A DNA stretch of 64,000 nt, from the NCBI GenBank assembly GCA_002400405.1, contig DHFM01000046.1, forward strand, positions 11,722 through 75,721. Direction: 5' to 3'. The DNA comes from Candidatus Moranbacteria bacterium UBA4824 (lineage in GTDB: Bacteria > Patescibacteriota > Minisyncoccia > Moranbacterales > UBA2206). The notes beneath the pieces are model-generated. The model was not told where the DNA came from, ran no database searches, and worked only from the letters and a program-made list of their open reading frames with translations. This document shows positions 17,556 through 26,970 of this stretch, piece after piece. The stretch's first letter is position 1, and each line of letters begins with the position of its first letter. The translations under genes were made by a program, and so were the position numbers.

Positions 17556-18912
17556 AATGAGAAAAACGCGTAAGTCCGAAAAGCATAAGTAAAAGCGAAA
17601 GAACAATCGGAGAATAAAGACCAGTTTCCACCATTGAATGAGCTGAAAAGATAATCACACTTGTAAATATTCCAGCATAGATCATATCCTCCTTAGCCAA
17701 AATCCAAAAATTCCAAAGAGTTACGAGTAAAATAAAAATCCAAACTAAACTAGCTAAGATGCCTTGCTCAACAGCGATATCCAAATAAGTATTATGTGCA
17801 TAAATAGGATTACGATAATCAATCTTACCATCCACCGCCAAAGAAAAATTACCAATCCCTGTGCCAAACAAAGGCTTATGCTTGATTGTTTCTAAAGATT
17901 TTTGCCAAATGCTAATTCGTCCGGCGTTTGATCCTTCTTGCAAATCAAAACTAGAGTCAAATCGCTGTGAGACTGGCCCCGGGATAGTGAGCATTAAAAA
18001 AAGAAATATCACTGCCAAACTCGCCATTATTTTATGTTTTGTTTGTGTTTTATTCCAAAAAACAAGAATAAAAATTGTAATACCCGCTATAATCGCCAAA
18101 TATCCCCCTCGAGCAAAAGTCAATATATTTGCCAAAAAGATAGTCACAAAAGAAAGACCCCCGATAATTTTATTCTTTGAAATAAAAAACAATATCACCG
18201 AAATTGGTAGAATCATTCCCAAAAACAACGAGAAAGAGTGCGGATCAGGAAATGTTCCAATGGCACGAAAATAATTTTGTCCGGAAACGCCCACCAACCA
18301 ACTCGGATAATTCCTTACCATTTGCGTCAAATTTTCTCCCCAAAAAACCGGCCCGATAAAACTTAAATAGACTTTGAAAATTTCTTCATAATTCCAAATA
18401 AATTGCGAAAAAAATTGCACAATTCCGATAATTGCCACTATGGCACCAGCCCAAACCAAACTCGCTAGAGTCTTTATAACTTTTTCTTTGCTATTTAAAA
18501 TATCCTTGGTTATAAAATAAAGCGGGAAAATGGAGAATAAATAGGCTAGTTTTCTTACTGACCAAAAATAATTTTGAGCAAAAAACAAAGAAATGAAACT
18601 TAGAAACAAAAAAAACAAGATCAATTTTGTTTGCACATCAAAAATAAAGATGTTTTTTTTACCCCCACACCAACTAAACCAATTTCTTTCTTTTTTATCA
18701 AATTGTTCTTGCTCATCAATATTACTTAAATCATCGATTTTATTTTTGTTTAGTTGGTGTGGGGGTTTATTTTTAATTCTATCATAAACCCAAACAGAAA
18801 AAAGGATTAGAATAAAAATCCTTAAAGAAGCTAGATCAACCCCCTGCGCCGGATTAAGCGCAATTTGAAAAGGTAGATAAAAACATAACAATAAGAAAAA
18901 ATTAGATATCAT
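17542..18912 (-). CDS. O-antigen ligase (Wzy_C) family membrane protein
   Basis: 456 aa, polytopic. Motif YAHNTYLDIAVEQGILASL matches the Wzy_C signature. Confidence 0.6.
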   Translation of the reverse strand: MISNFFLLLCFYLPFQIALNPAQGVDLASLRIFILILFSVWVYDRIKNKPPHQLNKNKIDDLSNIDEQEQFDKKERNWFSWCGGKKNIFIFDVQTKLILFFLFLSFISLFFAQNYFWSVRKLAYLFSIFPLYFITKDILNSKEKVIKTLASLVWAGAIVAIIGIVQFFSQFIWNYEEIFKVYLSFIGPVFWGENLTQMVRNYPSWLVGVSGQNYFRAIGTFPDPHSFSLFLGMILPISVILFFISKNKIIGGLSFVTIFLANILTFARGGYLAIIAGITIFILVFWNKTQTKHKIMASLAVIFLFLMLTIPGPVSQRFDSSFDLQEGSNAGRISIWQKSLETIKHKPLFGTGIGNFSLAVDGKIDYRNPIYAHNTYLDIAVEQGILASLVWIFILLVTLWNFWILAKEDMIYAGIFTSVIIFSAHSMVETGLYSPIVLSLLLMLFGLTRFSHYEKE

Positions 18913-18916
18913 TATT

Positions 18917-19651
18917 TTATTTTTTAAACTGTCTTTTTATTAGATAATAAAAGGATGATTTAAAAAATTGAATTTTTTGTTTAATTAAGCTCTTTCTGCT
19001 CTTGCCTCCACTATGCAAAATAGTGAGCTCTGGGGAATATAAAATATCATACCCTAGCTCTCTTGCTTGAGCACACAAATCCATATCCTCTCCATACATA
19101 AAAAAATTTTCATCAAATCCTCCTATCTTGTCAAAAATATCCTTTTTGATAAACATCGCTGCTCCACTCACCCAATCAACGAAGATATCTTTTTTGCTTT
19201 CCCAAAAATATCGACTTTCTGTTATCCATAGATTATTTTTTATTATTTGAGTAAAGGTTGTTTCTTTGCCAGTACTCCATTCTTGCGTTTTTCCAGCATC
19301 AGTTACCAGCCTTGGACCTATTATAATAACCTTTTTATATTGTTTTATTTTAATTAGAATTTCTTTTATATAATTATCCATAAATTGAGTATCCGGATTC
19401 AAAAATAGGAAATTCTCTCCTTGAGCTTTTTGTGCCCCAAGATTACAAGCAGAACCAAATCCAATATTTTTTTTATTTTTATATAGTTTAACCCTTGAAT
19501 ATTTATCAACTAAGTCCGTCAAGTCCTCTTTTTGATCATTATTAACAATAATGATTTCAAAATCCTCATCAAAAGAATACTTGCTTATTGAAAACAAACA
19601 CTTATCTAAATATGCCTTACTGCGATAATTAACAATTATAATTGAGACCAT
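18917..19651 (-). CDS. Family-2 glycosyltransferase
   Basis: MVSIIIVNYRSKAYLDKCL...EIIIVNNDQKED...NIGFGSACNLG. GT2 DxD-type fold motifs. Confidence 0.7.
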   Translation of the reverse strand: MVSIIIVNYRSKAYLDKCLFSISKYSFDEDFEIIIVNNDQKEDLTDLVDKYSRVKLYKNKKNIGFGSACNLGAQKAQGENFLFLNPDTQFMDNYIKEILIKIKQYKKVIIIGPRLVTDAGKTQEWSTGKETTFTQIIKNNLWITESRYFWESKKDIFVDWVSGAAMFIKKDIFDKIGGFDENFFMYGEDMDLCAQARELGYDILYSPELTILHSGGKSRKSLIKQKIQFFKSSFYYLIKRQFKK

Positions 19652-19657
19652 TAAAAA

Positions 19658-20515
19658 TTAATTTATCTCTTTAAAATCTCTATATGCTTTTTGCACTGCT
19701 TCATTGATAGAATTTTTTTCTTTTTTTATATCTTTTCTATTTTTTATTTTTCTAAGTAATACATAGAAAAAAATCCAAGGACGAAGATACGCCGGAGAAT
19801 TTTTTTTGAAAAAAATCAGTCCTGACAACACCAACCAATAAATTTTATTAGTCTTTTTTTCTTGGCTTTTTTCAAGATGCCTAATTCGACTGCCCGCGCA
19901 AACTGCTAATTTATATCCAACCCTCTTAACTCTAACACTGAAATCCGCGTCCTCCCAGTATAAAAAATAATCTTCATCTAACAAGCCTACCTTCCTAAAA
20001 ACTTCTTTTCTAATTATCATCGCGCAACCCGTAATATAATCTGAATGAAAATAGTTTTCCTTTAGTTTATCTTTTTTATGCTCAGTTTTCATTTTAAACC
20101 AATTAATCTTTCCGCCCGAAAACCAGACATTCGAACTTTCTCCTTTTAAAATAATAGGACTAGCAATGCCAATTTTTTTGTCGTCCTCCATCATCTTAAC
20201 TAATGGCCAAAGAAAATCTTTTTCGACTATTGTGTCGTAATTTAAAAGTAAAATGTAGTCCGCCGAGCGCTCCAACGCATACTCAATGCCAATATTATTC
20301 CCAGCGGAAAAACCAAGATTCTCACTGTTTTTTATGCAAACTATTTTAGGAAAAACTCTGCGAACTAATTCCAGAGAGCCATCCTTGGAATTGTTATCCA
20401 CTAAAACTATTTCAAAATTAGGATAATCCACCTGAAAAACACTGGCGAGTGTTTTTCTTAAAAATTCTTGCCCGTTATAATTTAGAATTATTATAAAAAC
20501 TTTTGGTGTGCTCAT
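19658..20515 (-). CDS. Family-2 glycosyltransferase
   Basis: IIILNYNGQEFLRKTLASV...EIVLVDNNSKDGS...NLGFSAGNNIG. Canonical GT2 N-terminal domain. Confidence 0.75.
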   Translation of the reverse strand: MSTPKVFIIILNYNGQEFLRKTLASVFQVDYPNFEIVLVDNNSKDGSLELVRRVFPKIVCIKNSENLGFSAGNNIGIEYALERSADYILLLNYDTIVEKDFLWPLVKMMEDDKKIGIASPIILKGESSNVWFSGGKINWFKMKTEHKKDKLKENYFHSDYITGCAMIIRKEVFRKVGLLDEDYFLYWEDADFSVRVKRVGYKLAVCAGSRIRHLEKSQEKKTNKIYWLVLSGLIFFKKNSPAYLRPWIFFYVLLRKIKNRKDIKKEKNSINEAVQKAYRDFKEIN

Positions 20516-20518
20516 TTA

Positions 20519-21934
20519 TTATTTTTTACTGATTATACTGGCAATTTCCTCAATCTTAACTGCTTTAAATAACCAGATAAAAAGAATATAGACGGCTGTT
20601 GCTGAAAAAGCTAATAGAAAAAAATTGATCTTGGAAAAAATGAAAAAATAAATTGCCATAATAATTCCGGAAAAAACAATCGCCCAAAACTTTTCCACTT
20701 TTGGAAAATATTTTAAATCCTTAATTATCACATACAAAGTAGCCAGCGTTACAAAAAGCTCCGTCCCAACAGAAATTAAAGCTGAGGCCATATAGGAAAA
20801 CATTGGGATAAAAATTAGATTAGCGCTCACATTAAAAATCGCCGCTATCGCCATAATAATCATTAATTTTTTTTGCTTATTACCGGAAATTAAAACAATA
20901 TTAAAAAGATTACTAAAAAATATACAGCTCAAGGAAAAAACAAGGATTTGAAGAACCGTACTGGATGCAGAAAACCCCTTCCCACCAATAAGTTCTACAA
21001 TACCATCAGCAAGAAACATCGTTCCTACTATGAGAGGAATAACAAATAACCAAAAAACCTTGAAAGTCTTATTGGAGATATCCCAGAAACGCTTTCTGTC
21101 CGAAAAAATATTTTTTGATATAATTGGAAAAACCAATCCTACAATCATCGCCGGAAAGAAAGTGATATTTTCAATTACCTTGTAGGCTACGTTATATACT
21201 CCCACTTCTGCGCCAGTTTTCAAAACAGACAAAAGGATTGTATCTATTTTAAAGTAAATAAAACTAATGATTGCCGCAATTCCCAATGGATAAGACTCTT
21301 TTATGAATTTTTTCCAATAAGCTGTATCGAATTTCAAAGAAAAAGAAATATATTTTTTAGAAAAAAAGTATATTAAAGAAAAACTAATTATCATATTAAT
21401 AAGAAGCGAAACAATTATCCAAAGAAAGCTTAGGTTAAACTTTATAGCAAAAAAAATAAACAGCACCTGAATAACTTTTCCGGTTAATTCGGAAATTGCC
21501 ACTCGGTCCATAGCTAGATTTTTTTGAAATACCCCATTTAATACTTGATAGGAGGAAGAAAAAAGGAAAGCCAAGGCCACTATCATAATTGCTTGTTTAA
21601 CTTCCGTTGGATATGGAAAGAAAAAAACAATTATCGGCGATAATAACAAAACAATACTTGAAATAATTATACGTAAAGTAAAAATATTACCAATTATTTT
21701 CTTTTCATCAGCTCCTTCGCGAGAAATCTCCCGAGTAACTGTAGAATAAAGCCCAAGATCAGCAATGGCGGTGAAAAAAGATAAAAACGCCAACACTGTG
21801 GCGTAATTTCCAAATCCAACCTGTCCTAAATATCGAGTAATAAGCCCGATTGAAACTAAAGCTAAAATAGTTGAAAGAATTTTAGAAAAACTGCTAACTA
21901 AAACATTGTACGCGATTTTTCTTGCAATAACCAT
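20519..21934 (-). CDS. Wzx-like polysaccharide flippase (MOP superfamily)
   Basis: 471 aa with about 12-14 hydrophobic helices. Position is in the glycosyltransferase/ligase cassette. Confidence 0.6.
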   Translation of the reverse strand: MVIARKIAYNVLVSSFSKILSTILALVSIGLITRYLGQVGFGNYATVLAFLSFFTAIADLGLYSTVTREISREGADEKKIIGNIFTLRIIISSIVLLLSPIIVFFFPYPTEVKQAIMIVALAFLFSSSYQVLNGVFQKNLAMDRVAISELTGKVIQVLFIFFAIKFNLSFLWIIVSLLINMIISFSLIYFFSKKYISFSLKFDTAYWKKFIKESYPLGIAAIISFIYFKIDTILLSVLKTGAEVGVYNVAYKVIENITFFPAMIVGLVFPIISKNIFSDRKRFWDISNKTFKVFWLFVIPLIVGTMFLADGIVELIGGKGFSASSTVLQILVFSLSCIFFSNLFNIVLISGNKQKKLMIIMAIAAIFNVSANLIFIPMFSYMASALISVGTELFVTLATLYVIIKDLKYFPKVEKFWAIVFSGIIMAIYFFIFSKINFFLLAFSATAVYILFIWLFKAVKIEEIASIISKK

Positions 21935-21938
21935 ACAC

Positions 21939-21978
21939 TTACGAATTACGAATTAGTACGAATGTACGAATTACGAAT
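21939..21978. repeat. Repeat family A copy (tandem TACGAAT units: ttacgaattacgaattagtacgaatgtacgaattacgaat) immediately 5' of the wzx start
   Basis: 33 of its bases are identical to 52368..52400. Begins 5 nt from the wzx start codon. Confidence 0.6.
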
Positions 21979-21989
21979 AATACACATTA

Positions 21990-22081
21990 CAGGTTCAGGC
22001 GTCTCGCCTGAATCGCATAGCTCTTACTAATAAAATTATTTTTTCAGAAACATCACGGTTCAATCGAGACGACTGAACCTG
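21990..22081. repeat. Repeat family B copy 2 (inverted orientation relative to 16223..16308)
   Basis: Reverse complement of copy 1 matches hairpin for hairpin. Confidence 0.65.
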
Positions 22082-22128
22082 CATAATAATTCGAGTTAAT
22101 TTCGAAAAAAATAATTCTTTAATCGGCG

Positions 22129-22617
22129 CTAAGCCAAGTTAGCTGGCTTAATTACCACCCGCCTATCTTCTCCTTCGCCGATACTTTCAGTTTGAATTTG
22201 ATCATTTTTAGCCAGTTCCATATGCACAAGCCTTCTTTCATAGGGCGACATTGGTCGCATCACGATTGCACGTCCTTCGCGAAGAGCTGTTTCGGACATA
22301 TTTTTTGCCAGAGCAAAAACAGATTCATTTTTTTCTTGTCGATAAGAATTAACATCTAAGGTAAAATTGGCTTTGTTTTCCGTTTTTCCACGAAAAATTA
22401 TTCTGGCCATATGTTGCAAGGCCTGAAGATTCACTCCATATTGTCCGATTAGATAACTTGATTCTTCTGTTTTAATATTAAAAACTAATTCTTCCTGCTC
22501 TTGATTTTGGGTTTCTATAATCTCAACCTCACAAGAAAATCCCATTTTTAAAACTAATTCTTCAATAGCTTTTTTTATCTCTTCTTTTATTTCTGGCGTT
22601 ATATTCTCGTTTTCCAT
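22129..22617 (-). CDS. jag: Jag/KhpB RNA-binding protein (KH + R3H domains)
   Basis: Conserved Jag N- and C-terminal motifs (LIGQYGVNLQALQHMARII; ERRLVHMELAKNDQIQTES). Position downstream of yidC. Confidence 0.75.
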   Translation of the reverse strand: MENENITPEIKEEIKKAIEELVLKMGFSCEVEIIETQNQEQEELVFNIKTEESSYLIGQYGVNLQALQHMARIIFRGKTENKANFTLDVNSYRQEKNESVFALAKNMSETALREGRAIVMRPMSPYERRLVHMELAKNDQIQTESIGEGEDRRVVIKPANLA

Positions 22618-22631
22618 ATTATTTAAAAATA

Positions 22632-23393
22632 TTAACTATTAGTCTTTTCTTTTTCTAATACTTTCGTCTGCTGAATTATAGCAAAAATCGTTGAAACAAG
22701 CCAATAGAGAGCCAGGCCGGCCGGAAATTTTATCCCAATAAACAAGGTCAGAATCGGCCCAAGATACATCATTTGTTTTGACATTATCTGCGACATATCC
22801 GGCTGAGCATTTTTATTTTGCACAGCCATCTTAGGTATCATCATCTTTATTTGCACATATTGAGCCAGAGCTGCCAAAACAATAAGAATTATTTGAGGAA
22901 CAACTCTAATATTTAACTGACTAAAGTCAATAGTTTTGGAAAGATCAATAATTCCCAAGAAATATTGATTAATTTGTCCTGGGTTTGAAATAAATGAATA
23001 TAATTCTTTTGGATCTACCAGTAATCCTGCCTTAGAAATATTAAATAATACTTGGTAGATAGCAATTAGAAAAATAAGTTGGAAAATTGTGGGCAAGCAA
23101 CCAGAAAAAGGGTTAGTTTTATTTGTTTTATAAAATTCCATCAAGGCTCGGCTTTGCTTTTCCTTATCATTTTTATGTTTTTCTTGAATTTCCTTGATTT
23201 TTGGTTGCATTTCCTGCATTTTTTTCTGCGACTGAATTTGCTTTTTACTCAGTGGGATTAAAAGAAACTTCAAAACCAAAGTCACCACAATGATCGCTAT
23301 GCCGAAATCATGTAGTGGGATAATATTATAAATAAAGATAAGAAAGTTATAAATTGGCCTATAAACAGTTTCCCCAAATAAAAAAGATATCAT
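22632..23393 (-). CDS. yidC: YidC/Oxa1-family membrane protein insertase (short form)
   Basis: KKMQEMQPKIKEIQEKHKNDKEKQSRALMEFYKTNKTNPFSGCLP is the canonical YidC loop. Polytopic. Confidence 0.8.
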   Translation of the reverse strand: MISFLFGETVYRPIYNFLIFIYNIIPLHDFGIAIIVVTLVLKFLLIPLSKKQIQSQKKMQEMQPKIKEIQEKHKNDKEKQSRALMEFYKTNKTNPFSGCLPTIFQLIFLIAIYQVLFNISKAGLLVDPKELYSFISNPGQINQYFLGIIDLSKTIDFSQLNIRVVPQIILIVLAALAQYVQIKMMIPKMAVQNKNAQPDMSQIMSKQMMYLGPILTLFIGIKFPAGLALYWLVSTIFAIIQQTKVLEKEKTNS

Positions 23394-23411
23394 ATATACT
23401 GTGCAAATTAA

Positions 23412-23753
23412 TTATATTAGTTTTGCTTTTTTTAATACTTCCAAAAGACTGTTTTTCAACTCTTGACTGGAAAATTCTTTTTTAGTCTTTTTTTTCACAG
23501 AAATCACCGCGTCATAACCTTTTTTGATATTTTTTATCTCTTTTCTGACTATTTCTCGTAATTGACGCTTTATTCTGTTTCTTACTACAGCCTTAGGGGA
23601 GAATTTAATTCCAATAGAAAAGCCTATTCGGGTTTTTTTAAGATTATTCTCCCTTATTTTCAAAAAAATATCCTCGGAAGAAAAAGAACCGCCAAAGCGA
23701 TAGACTAATTCAAAATCTTTTGCTTCTAAGAGTCTGTTTTCAACAGGAAGCAT
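23412..23753 (-). CDS. rnpA: Ribonuclease P protein component
   Basis: MLPVENRLLEAKDFELVY...RNRIKRQLRE signature. The shorter start at 23753 avoids overlap with rpmH. The ORF-track long form to 23816 was rejected. Confidence 0.75.
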   Translation of the reverse strand: MLPVENRLLEAKDFELVYRFGGSFSSEDIFLKIRENNLKKTRIGFSIGIKFSPKAVVRNRIKRQLREIVRKEIKNIKKGYDAVISVKKKTKKEFSSQELKNSLLEVLKKAKLI

Positions 23754-23757
23754 AAAT

Positions 23758-23892
23758 TTATACTGATAGTTTTTTTCGACCAGCCTGTCTTCTTCTTTTG
23801 AGGACAGCTTTCCCATTTTTAGTGCTGTTTCTTTCGATAAAACCGTGTCTTTTTTTTCTTCGACCTGCTTTTGGTTGGTATGTTACGCTCAT
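23758..23892 (-). CDS. rpmH: 50S ribosomal protein L34
   Basis: [44 protein letters not shown] is near-consensus L34. Internal ATG of ORF 23758..23949. Confidence 0.8.
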   Translation of the reverse strand: MSVTYQPKAGRRKKRHGFIERNSTKNGKAVLKRRRQAGRKKLSV

Positions 23893-23949
23893 TTTATTAT
23901 TATTAGTTAATTCAATTAAAATTCTAACAGTTAAAAGACTATAAGTCAA

Positions 23950-24045
23950 TCTATTTATCCCACCCCTATTTACATTTTTTTTGTTTTATATTATATGTTA
24001 ATTATAGTCATCCACAGTTTGTCAACATCTTTATCCACTTTTTCC
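23950..24045. other. DnaA-box cluster upstream of dnaA (oriC left part)
   Basis: ttatcccac (23955), tcatccaca (24009), ttatccact (24031). AT-rich. Confidence 0.5.
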
Positions 24046-24115
24046 CTTAGACTAGCTTTTGTGACTATGTTATACTTTTTTTAGTGAAACTTTCTTTATT
24101 AATTTAATTAAAAAA

Positions 24116-25492
24116 ATGACCAACGAGGAACTTTGGCAAACAGCCCTTGGAGAAATAGAGCTTTCTATTTCTAAGGCTAATTTTATCACTTGGTTTAAAA
24201 ACACCTCTATTCTTTCCCTTAAGGACGGCCATGTAGTTATTGGTGTTCCTAATGGTTTTGCCAAAGAATGGCTAGAAAACAAATACGATCTCTATATTTT
24301 ACGCGCCCTAAAAAATATTCAGGGTGATATCAAGTCTGTTTCTTGTATAATTTCCTCCGAACAAATTCAAAATTTTCCACAAACCACTAAGGAAATCACC
24401 GTGGATGCAGTGCAAGCGCCAAAAAAATCAACTGTTTTTTATGAAAAAAAGCCTCTGATAAGCCAAGAAAATAATTTAAATCAAAAATATACCTTTGAAA
24501 ATTTTGTTATCGGGGGTAGTAATGAACTAGCTCGCGCCGCTTGCTATGCTGTCTCAAAAAGCCTTGGTAATGTCTATAATCCGCTATTTATCTATGGTGG
24601 AGTAGGATTAGGAAAAACTCACCTCATTCAATCTATTGGCAATGAAGCCCTAAAAATAAACCCTCAAACTCGAGTGAAATATATTTCTTCTGAAAGATTT
24701 ACCAGTGATTTGATAAATTCGATAAAAACTCAAAAAATTCAAGAATTTAAAGAATATTATCAAAAAATAGACCTACTTATTATTGATGATATTCAATTTA
24801 TCTCAGGAAAAGAGAAGACTCAAGAGGAGTTTTTCCATATTTTCAATTATCTCTACCAACTTAATAAACAAATAGTCCTTTCTAGTGATCGTGCCCCAAA
24901 AGCCATTCAAATTCTTGAAGAGAGACTACGCTCACGCTTTGAAGGAGGGATGATTGCTGATGTTTCTAAGCCCGATCTTGAAACAAGACTTGCTATTCTT
25001 AAGATAAAAGCCGCCCAAAATAGAGTAGAGATCACTGAAGAAGCCCTGGAATTTATCGCTACTAACATTAAAAATAATATACGCGAGCTTGAAGGAGCCT
25101 TAAATAGAGTATCCGTGAGTGCCCAACTTACTAAAAAATCTCTAGATTCAGCTTATACAAAGCAAATTTTATCCGATATTATCTCAAGTGGCAAGAAAAA
25201 AGGAGTTAATTATAAACATATACTAAAGGCCGTTTCTGATTTTTATGAAATATCTCCCGCTGATTTAGTAGCTAAAAACAGAAAAAGAGAGGTAGTAAAA
25301 CCCCGTCAAATAGCGATGTTTCTTATGAGAACTGAACTTTCTTTCTCTTACCCAGGAATTGGCGATAAATTAGGTGGGCGAGATCATACTACCGCTATTC
25401 ATGCTTATGAGAAAATTTCTGAAGCTCTAAAATTTGATGAAAGGCTCAATGAAGAATTAGTTCAAATTAAAGATATTCTACACACTATATAG
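24116..25492 (+). CDS. dnaA: Chromosomal replication initiator DnaA
   Basis: AAA+ Walker A (GGVGLGKTHL). Box VII. C-terminal DNA-binding domain (RQIAMFLMRTELSFSYPGIGDKLGGRDHTTAIHA). Confidence 0.95.
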   Translation: MTNEELWQTALGEIELSISKANFITWFKNTSILSLKDGHVVIGVPNGFAKEWLENKYDLYILRALKNIQGDIKSVSCIISSEQIQNFPQTTKEITVDAVQAPKKSTVFYEKKPLISQENNLNQKYTFENFVIGGSNELARAACYAVSKSLGNVYNPLFIYGGVGLGKTHLIQSIGNEALKINPQTRVKYISSERFTSDLINSIKTQKIQEFKEYYQKIDLLIIDDIQFISGKEKTQEEFFHIFNYLYQLNKQIVLSSDRAPKAIQILEERLRSRFEGGMIADVSKPDLETRLAILKIKAAQNRVEITEEALEFIATNIKNNIRELEGALNRVSVSAQLTKKSLDSAYTKQILSDIISSGKKKGVNYKHILKAVSDFYEISPADLVAKNRKREVVKPRQIAMFLMRTELSFSYPGIGDKLGGRDHTTAIHAYEKISEALKFDERLNEELVQIKDILHTI

Positions 25493-25779
25493 TTAATTTC
25501 CTGCATAACCTGTGGATAAATATACTATAAACATCCTTATAACTATGTGCCTAGAATATTAAGAATCCTGTTTTTAATCTGAAATATTTCTAAAATATAT
25601 TTTTATTAAATAAATTATACCCCCTATAAAACACTCCATAAAAACACTTATCCAGTTATTATCCACACATATTTAGTTTTATATAAAGCAAAAAACAAGC
25701 TTATCCACTATTATTTTACTCTCTAATAATAGTAATAACATTATATTATTAATAATAAATTAAATACTAAATAAAAAAT
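25493..25779. other. oriC: dnaA-dnaN intergenic DnaA-box cluster plus AT-rich unwinding region
   Basis: tgtggataa (25511, reverse-complement box), ttatccagt (25648), ttatccaca (25658), ttatccact (25701). Then an AT-only stretch at 25741-25779. Gene orientation switches here (minus to the left, plus to the right). Confidence 0.7.
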
Positions 25780-26937
25780 ATGAAATTAATTTGTACAGGA
25801 GAAAATTTAAAGAAAGCAGTTTTTAATTGTGAAAGAGTAGTTTCAAAGAAAAATACTCTTCCTATACTAAATAATATTCTTTTTGAAACAGAAAAAGGAG
25901 GGTTAAAATTATCTGCGACTAATTTAGAAATTGGAGTTTCTTCTAAAATTGGAGCAAAAATAGAAAAAGAAGGGCGAATAACTATTCCCGCAAAACTAAT
26001 TAGTAATTTTTCTAATAATCTTTCGGGTAATGAAAATATCTCCCTTGAACTTGTAGATAATAATTTAAAAATAAAAAGTGGGATAAATAAAGCTATAATA
26101 AAAGGAATTTCTGCAGAAGATTTTCCTCTTTTACCTCTTCGAAAAACCGAATATCTATTAGATATACCTATATTAAATTTAAAAATGGCTATTTTAAAAG
26201 TTATGCCAGCAGTAGCTTTTAATGAATCACGTCAAGAACTTACCGGAATTAATCTTATTTTAAGAGAAAAAGAACTCATTTTTGCTGCTACAGATAGTTT
26301 TCGTCTTTCAGAATGTCAGATTAAGTTAAATGAAATTGATAAAAATATTGAAAATTACAATATTTTTATTGAAAAAAATGAAAATGTTATTATTCCCGCA
26401 AATGTTTTAGTGGAGTTAAATCGGATATTAGCGTCGGATGCAAATAATAAAGTAAAAATAACTATTGAAGAGGGACAAATATTTTTTGAAGTAGATGGTA
26501 TTAAATTAGTCTCACGGCTTATAAATGGGAAATATCCTGAATATAAACATATAATGCCGGCGGAATATAAAACGAGAATAGTGGGAGAAAAACAGATTTT
26601 GCAAAATGCTATTAGGATGGCAAGTGTTTTTTCCTTAAGTGGATCAAATGAGATAACGCTCAAAATTAACCAAGAAGAAGGAAAAATTTTTATACTATCT
26701 TCCAGTGCTGAAGTTGGGGAAAACTCAACTGAACTTAAATTTGACATTACAGGACCATCTCAGGAAGTTGTTTTTAATGCTAAATATCTTTTAGATGGAA
26801 TTAATGCTACTACCACTTCCCAAGTGGCAATTTTGCTAAACAGCGAAGCTACGCCTGTGGCAGTTCGTGAAATAAATGAAAAATCCGGAGAGGTTTTGGA
26901 AGATTTTACCTATATTGTGATGCCGATAAAAAACTAA
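25780..26937 (+). CDS. dnaN: DNA polymerase III beta sliding clamp
   Basis: 385 aa, three-domain beta-clamp pattern. Conserved position after dnaA. Confidence 0.9.
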   Translation: MKLICTGENLKKAVFNCERVVSKKNTLPILNNILFETEKGGLKLSATNLEIGVSSKIGAKIEKEGRITIPAKLISNFSNNLSGNENISLELVDNNLKIKSGINKAIIKGISAEDFPLLPLRKTEYLLDIPILNLKMAILKVMPAVAFNESRQELTGINLILREKELIFAATDSFRLSECQIKLNEIDKNIENYNIFIEKNENVIIPANVLVELNRILASDANNKVKITIEEGQIFFEVDGIKLVSRLINGKYPEYKHIMPAEYKTRIVGEKQILQNAIRMASVFSLSGSNEITLKINQEEGKIFILSSSAEVGENSTELKFDITGPSQEVVFNAKYLLDGINATTTSQVAILLNSEATPVAVREINEKSGEVLEDFTYIVMPIKN

Positions 26938-26940
26938 AAA

Positions 26941-26970
26941 CATGAAACATATAGCATGAAACATGAAACA
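26941..26970. repeat. Repeat family F half-copy (catgaaacatatagcatgaaacatgaaaca) overlapping the trxB start
   Basis: Same catgaaacatgaaaca core as 44197..44275 and 54430..54503. Encodes the MKHETE N-terminus of trxB. Confidence 0.5.

Noticed and set aside
23758-23949. 63-aa ORF on minus strand taken at full length
   Set aside because: Only the C-terminal 44 aa match ribosomal protein L34. The N-terminal extension has no support and would overlap the dnaA upstream DnaA boxes. Called as rpmH from the internal ATG (23892). Similarly the long rnpA form to 23816 was trimmed to 23753.
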